From Octopus sinensis (Eukaryota), in NCBI RefSeq assembly GCF_006345805.1, contig NC_043009.1, positions 67,208,001-67,272,000 of the forward strand: a DNA stretch of 64,000 nt. The letters are read 5' to 3'. How positions within the stretch are numbered: position 1 is the stretch's first letter; each line of letters opens with the position of its first letter. Made by a program: the position numbers and the translations under genes. Below are positions 61,210 to 64,000 of this stretch, one piece after another. The notes beneath the pieces were generated by a model. It ran no database searches, was not told the origin of the DNA, and saw only the letters and a program-made list of their open reading frames with translations.

Positions 61210-64000
61210 TAATAGGATCAATAGGGTGATAGAGAAAATGGACAAGGGTGGGGAGGAGAAAATGAAAACAGCTACACAAGGATTGTTGGTATGGAGATGG
61301 AATACAGAGAGTATGAGCAGTTTTATGAAGGAAGAAAGTGGAAGGAGTGAGATAGAGTGATAGAAGATGGTGGGTGTTAAAATGAGTAACAGGGATGAAA
61401 TAATGGGAGAGAGAGAGAAAGATGGTAGCATTAAAAATGCAAGATTGTTAGGGAGAATTTAATATGGAGAAATCTAATGTAATACCATTCCTTGTTGTAC
61501 AGGCAGCAAGCTAAGACAAAAGAGACAGGTAACTGAAAGTGAGATTGATGGTAGAGTTGAGTAGAGTGCTGGATGTGAGAGCAACAGAGAAATGGAGAGA
61601 AGAGCAGGATAAGGAGACTTGATATGAACATAATGGTTAAGAGTCCCAAATATAGGTGTAATACGTCCCAGTCTCCACCCCCATTATCATTTTTATGTCC
61701 CTTTTCCCATGCTGGCATGGATTTTGCTCTTGGTCTCCCCTAGCACCACTCTTTGCCACAAACTTCTTTTTTTTTTTCCGCCCTTCTCAAACCTAGCCAG
61801 GCTCATGGGCCCGGTTTCTGTGGCGTATGTGTTCCCCCCAGCTGGACAGGACGCCAGTCCATCGCAGTATTACTCAAGAAACAGGAAAAGAGAGTGAGAG
61901 AAAGTTGTGGCAAAAGAGTACAACAGGGGTCGCCACCACCCCCTGCCAGAGCCTCATGGAGCTTTAGGTGTTTTCGCTCAATAAACACACACAACGCCCG
62001 GTCTGGAAATCGAAACTGCCATCCTCCAACCGTGAGTCTGCTGCCCTAACCACTGGGCCATTGCGCCTCCACTTGCCACAAACTGCTGTCCCTTATTGGT
62101 GAGAGGTTCAGACTGTCATGACACTTCGCTACTTCATTCCATGTCTTCCGGCCTTTCTTGGTCTCCTGCTTCCACTTGAAATGCTCAACCATTTTTTGTA
62201 TACAATCAACATCCTTTTTATTAGTGGTTCCCAAAGAAGGTCATACTAGCATGGAAGGCGAATGTTAAACGATGATGATGATGATGATATATAATTTTCT
62301 AGGTTTCTTCAAACCATCTACCCTTCATTTTTCTCTCTCTGTCTCTCTCTCTCTCTCTCTCCCCCAAACTTTCTACAATCCTCATTTTCATTGTAATCAT
62401 GTTTGTATCCCTACCCCCCTCACACACACTTGACTGCCAACATTGGTTTGTTTACATCCCTGTAACTTAATGGTGTTCAGCAAAAGCAACTGATGGAGTA
62501 AGTACCAAACTTTACAGTGGTGCCCCAGCATGGCCTCGGTCGTATGACTGAGCAAGTAAAAGATAAAAGATTGTGATTTGTTATTTAACTCTACATCAGT
62601 CTTAATTGAGCCAACTTATCATCAAAAGCATTCCATCTTTGGAATGCTTTCTGGCACAATGTATCTAGAAGTACATCATCCAATGAGTTCCTCCTTTTTC
62701 AAGATGGTAACATGTGATTTAAGGGAGATTTGGCTTCTATTTTTAGCATGTCACATGAGCATATATGAGACCTTCTCATTGGCTTGTCTTTGCATGCAGG
62801 AATGGATACAAGAGGAACACCGAACGGGGAAAGATGCAAAGAAATTAACAGAACTCGAATCAGACTTGAACACTGAAACACTTTTTTAATATCTCTCTCT
62901 CTCTCTCTCTGTCTCTCTCCATCTCTCTCTCCGTCTCTCTCTCTCTCTCTCATCATCATCATCATCATTGTTATCACTATCATCATCATCATCACAATTT
63001 AGCATGTGTTTCCATGGTGGCATGAGATAGATGATAATGTAATCTTGAGGTTGTTGCTTTCCTCACATCTATGAAGAGGGGGTCAAGTTTTATCCCCCGA
63101 CCCCCGCCGTCCTAAATTTCAATCCCAACCTCTGCCATCAAACACATGTGATGTTTACATATTTCTAGTTTCAAAACAATGTCATCAATCTTCTTCATAT
63201 ATTTCAGATAATGTTTTTGCATATATTTGTACATGGTTGTCACTGTTCTTTGAAACACACACACACACACATGCCTGCTCACAAACACACACATGTGCAC
63301 ACAAGCACTACCCTCACACACTCAACACACAAACACACACTCACATGCTCTCACACACACAAACACACACTCACATGCTCTCACTCACTCACTCACACAC
63401 TCACACACGCTCACTCACTCGCACTCACTCACACATTCACACACACTACCCTCACACACTCACTCATACACACATTCACATACATATACACACACACGTT
63501 ATACATTGCTGGTCACAATGTGCTTTTCATTGTTTTAGCTTTCGAATGACCCCACCCCACTGGCCAGGAAAGGTGGTCAATGCACCCCCTGATTGGAAGG
63601 TGATTCCATCATAGTGCCACCCATTTACAGCTGGAGCAACATAAAATGCAGTGTTTTGCTCAAGAACACTACACTCTACTTGGTCGAAGAATTGAACCCA
63701 TGGTCTAGTGATTGTGAGTGCAGTCACCTAACCACTAGCTCATGCGCCTTCATACTAACACACACACACACACAGAAATAATGGGTTGTACATTTGTTTA
63801 TTTAATATAGGCTTACAACTGTTTCAGATATGCATTTGGGTGTGTTCAAGGTTGAATTTTATATAAATAAATGTATATATCCCATAATTCCTTTCTATTT
63901 TATGAATGACTGTAAAAAAGATACCATCTTAAATGGGCAATACTACCATGGATTTACAGATTTGACTGGTGATCGACTTTGACCTTTGACTTCAGTTCTC

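Noticed and set aside
12777-63781. Long ORFs in the supplied track (e.g. 13033-13554, 21832-22419, 25506-26093, 30552-31115, 45514-46191)
   Set aside because: They are translations of microsatellites, low-complexity tracts or SINEs, with no domain motifs or splice support.

Overview
AT-rich, repeat-saturated animal DNA. The SINE families and microsatellite style suggest a coleoid cephalopod, probably Octopus; this is inferred, not verified. The only confidently supported host gene is two phase-0 exons (49739-49816 and 58406-58582, + strand). They splice into the start of a RhoGEF Dbl-homology domain most like ARHGEF17/ARHGEF10. Almost all ORF-track entries are microsatellite or SINE noise. 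The rest is tRNA-derived SINEs, RTE LINE pieces and 3' tails, an RLE-type LINE fragment, three short Helitrons plus a Helitron helicase fossil, two Tc1/mariner relics and piggyBac-type MITEs. The main unexplained structure is a set of hammerhead ribozyme (HHR) motifs from 4-5 different short repeat families. Several sit in head-to-head inverted pairs, which is typical of Penelope-like elements (PLEs). One family fuses a tRNA-like Pol III module to a dimer-type minimal hammerhead and occurs three times, each time as an inverted pair. A CpG-rich 150-bp insert and a few weak candidate exons on the minus strand are also flagged.
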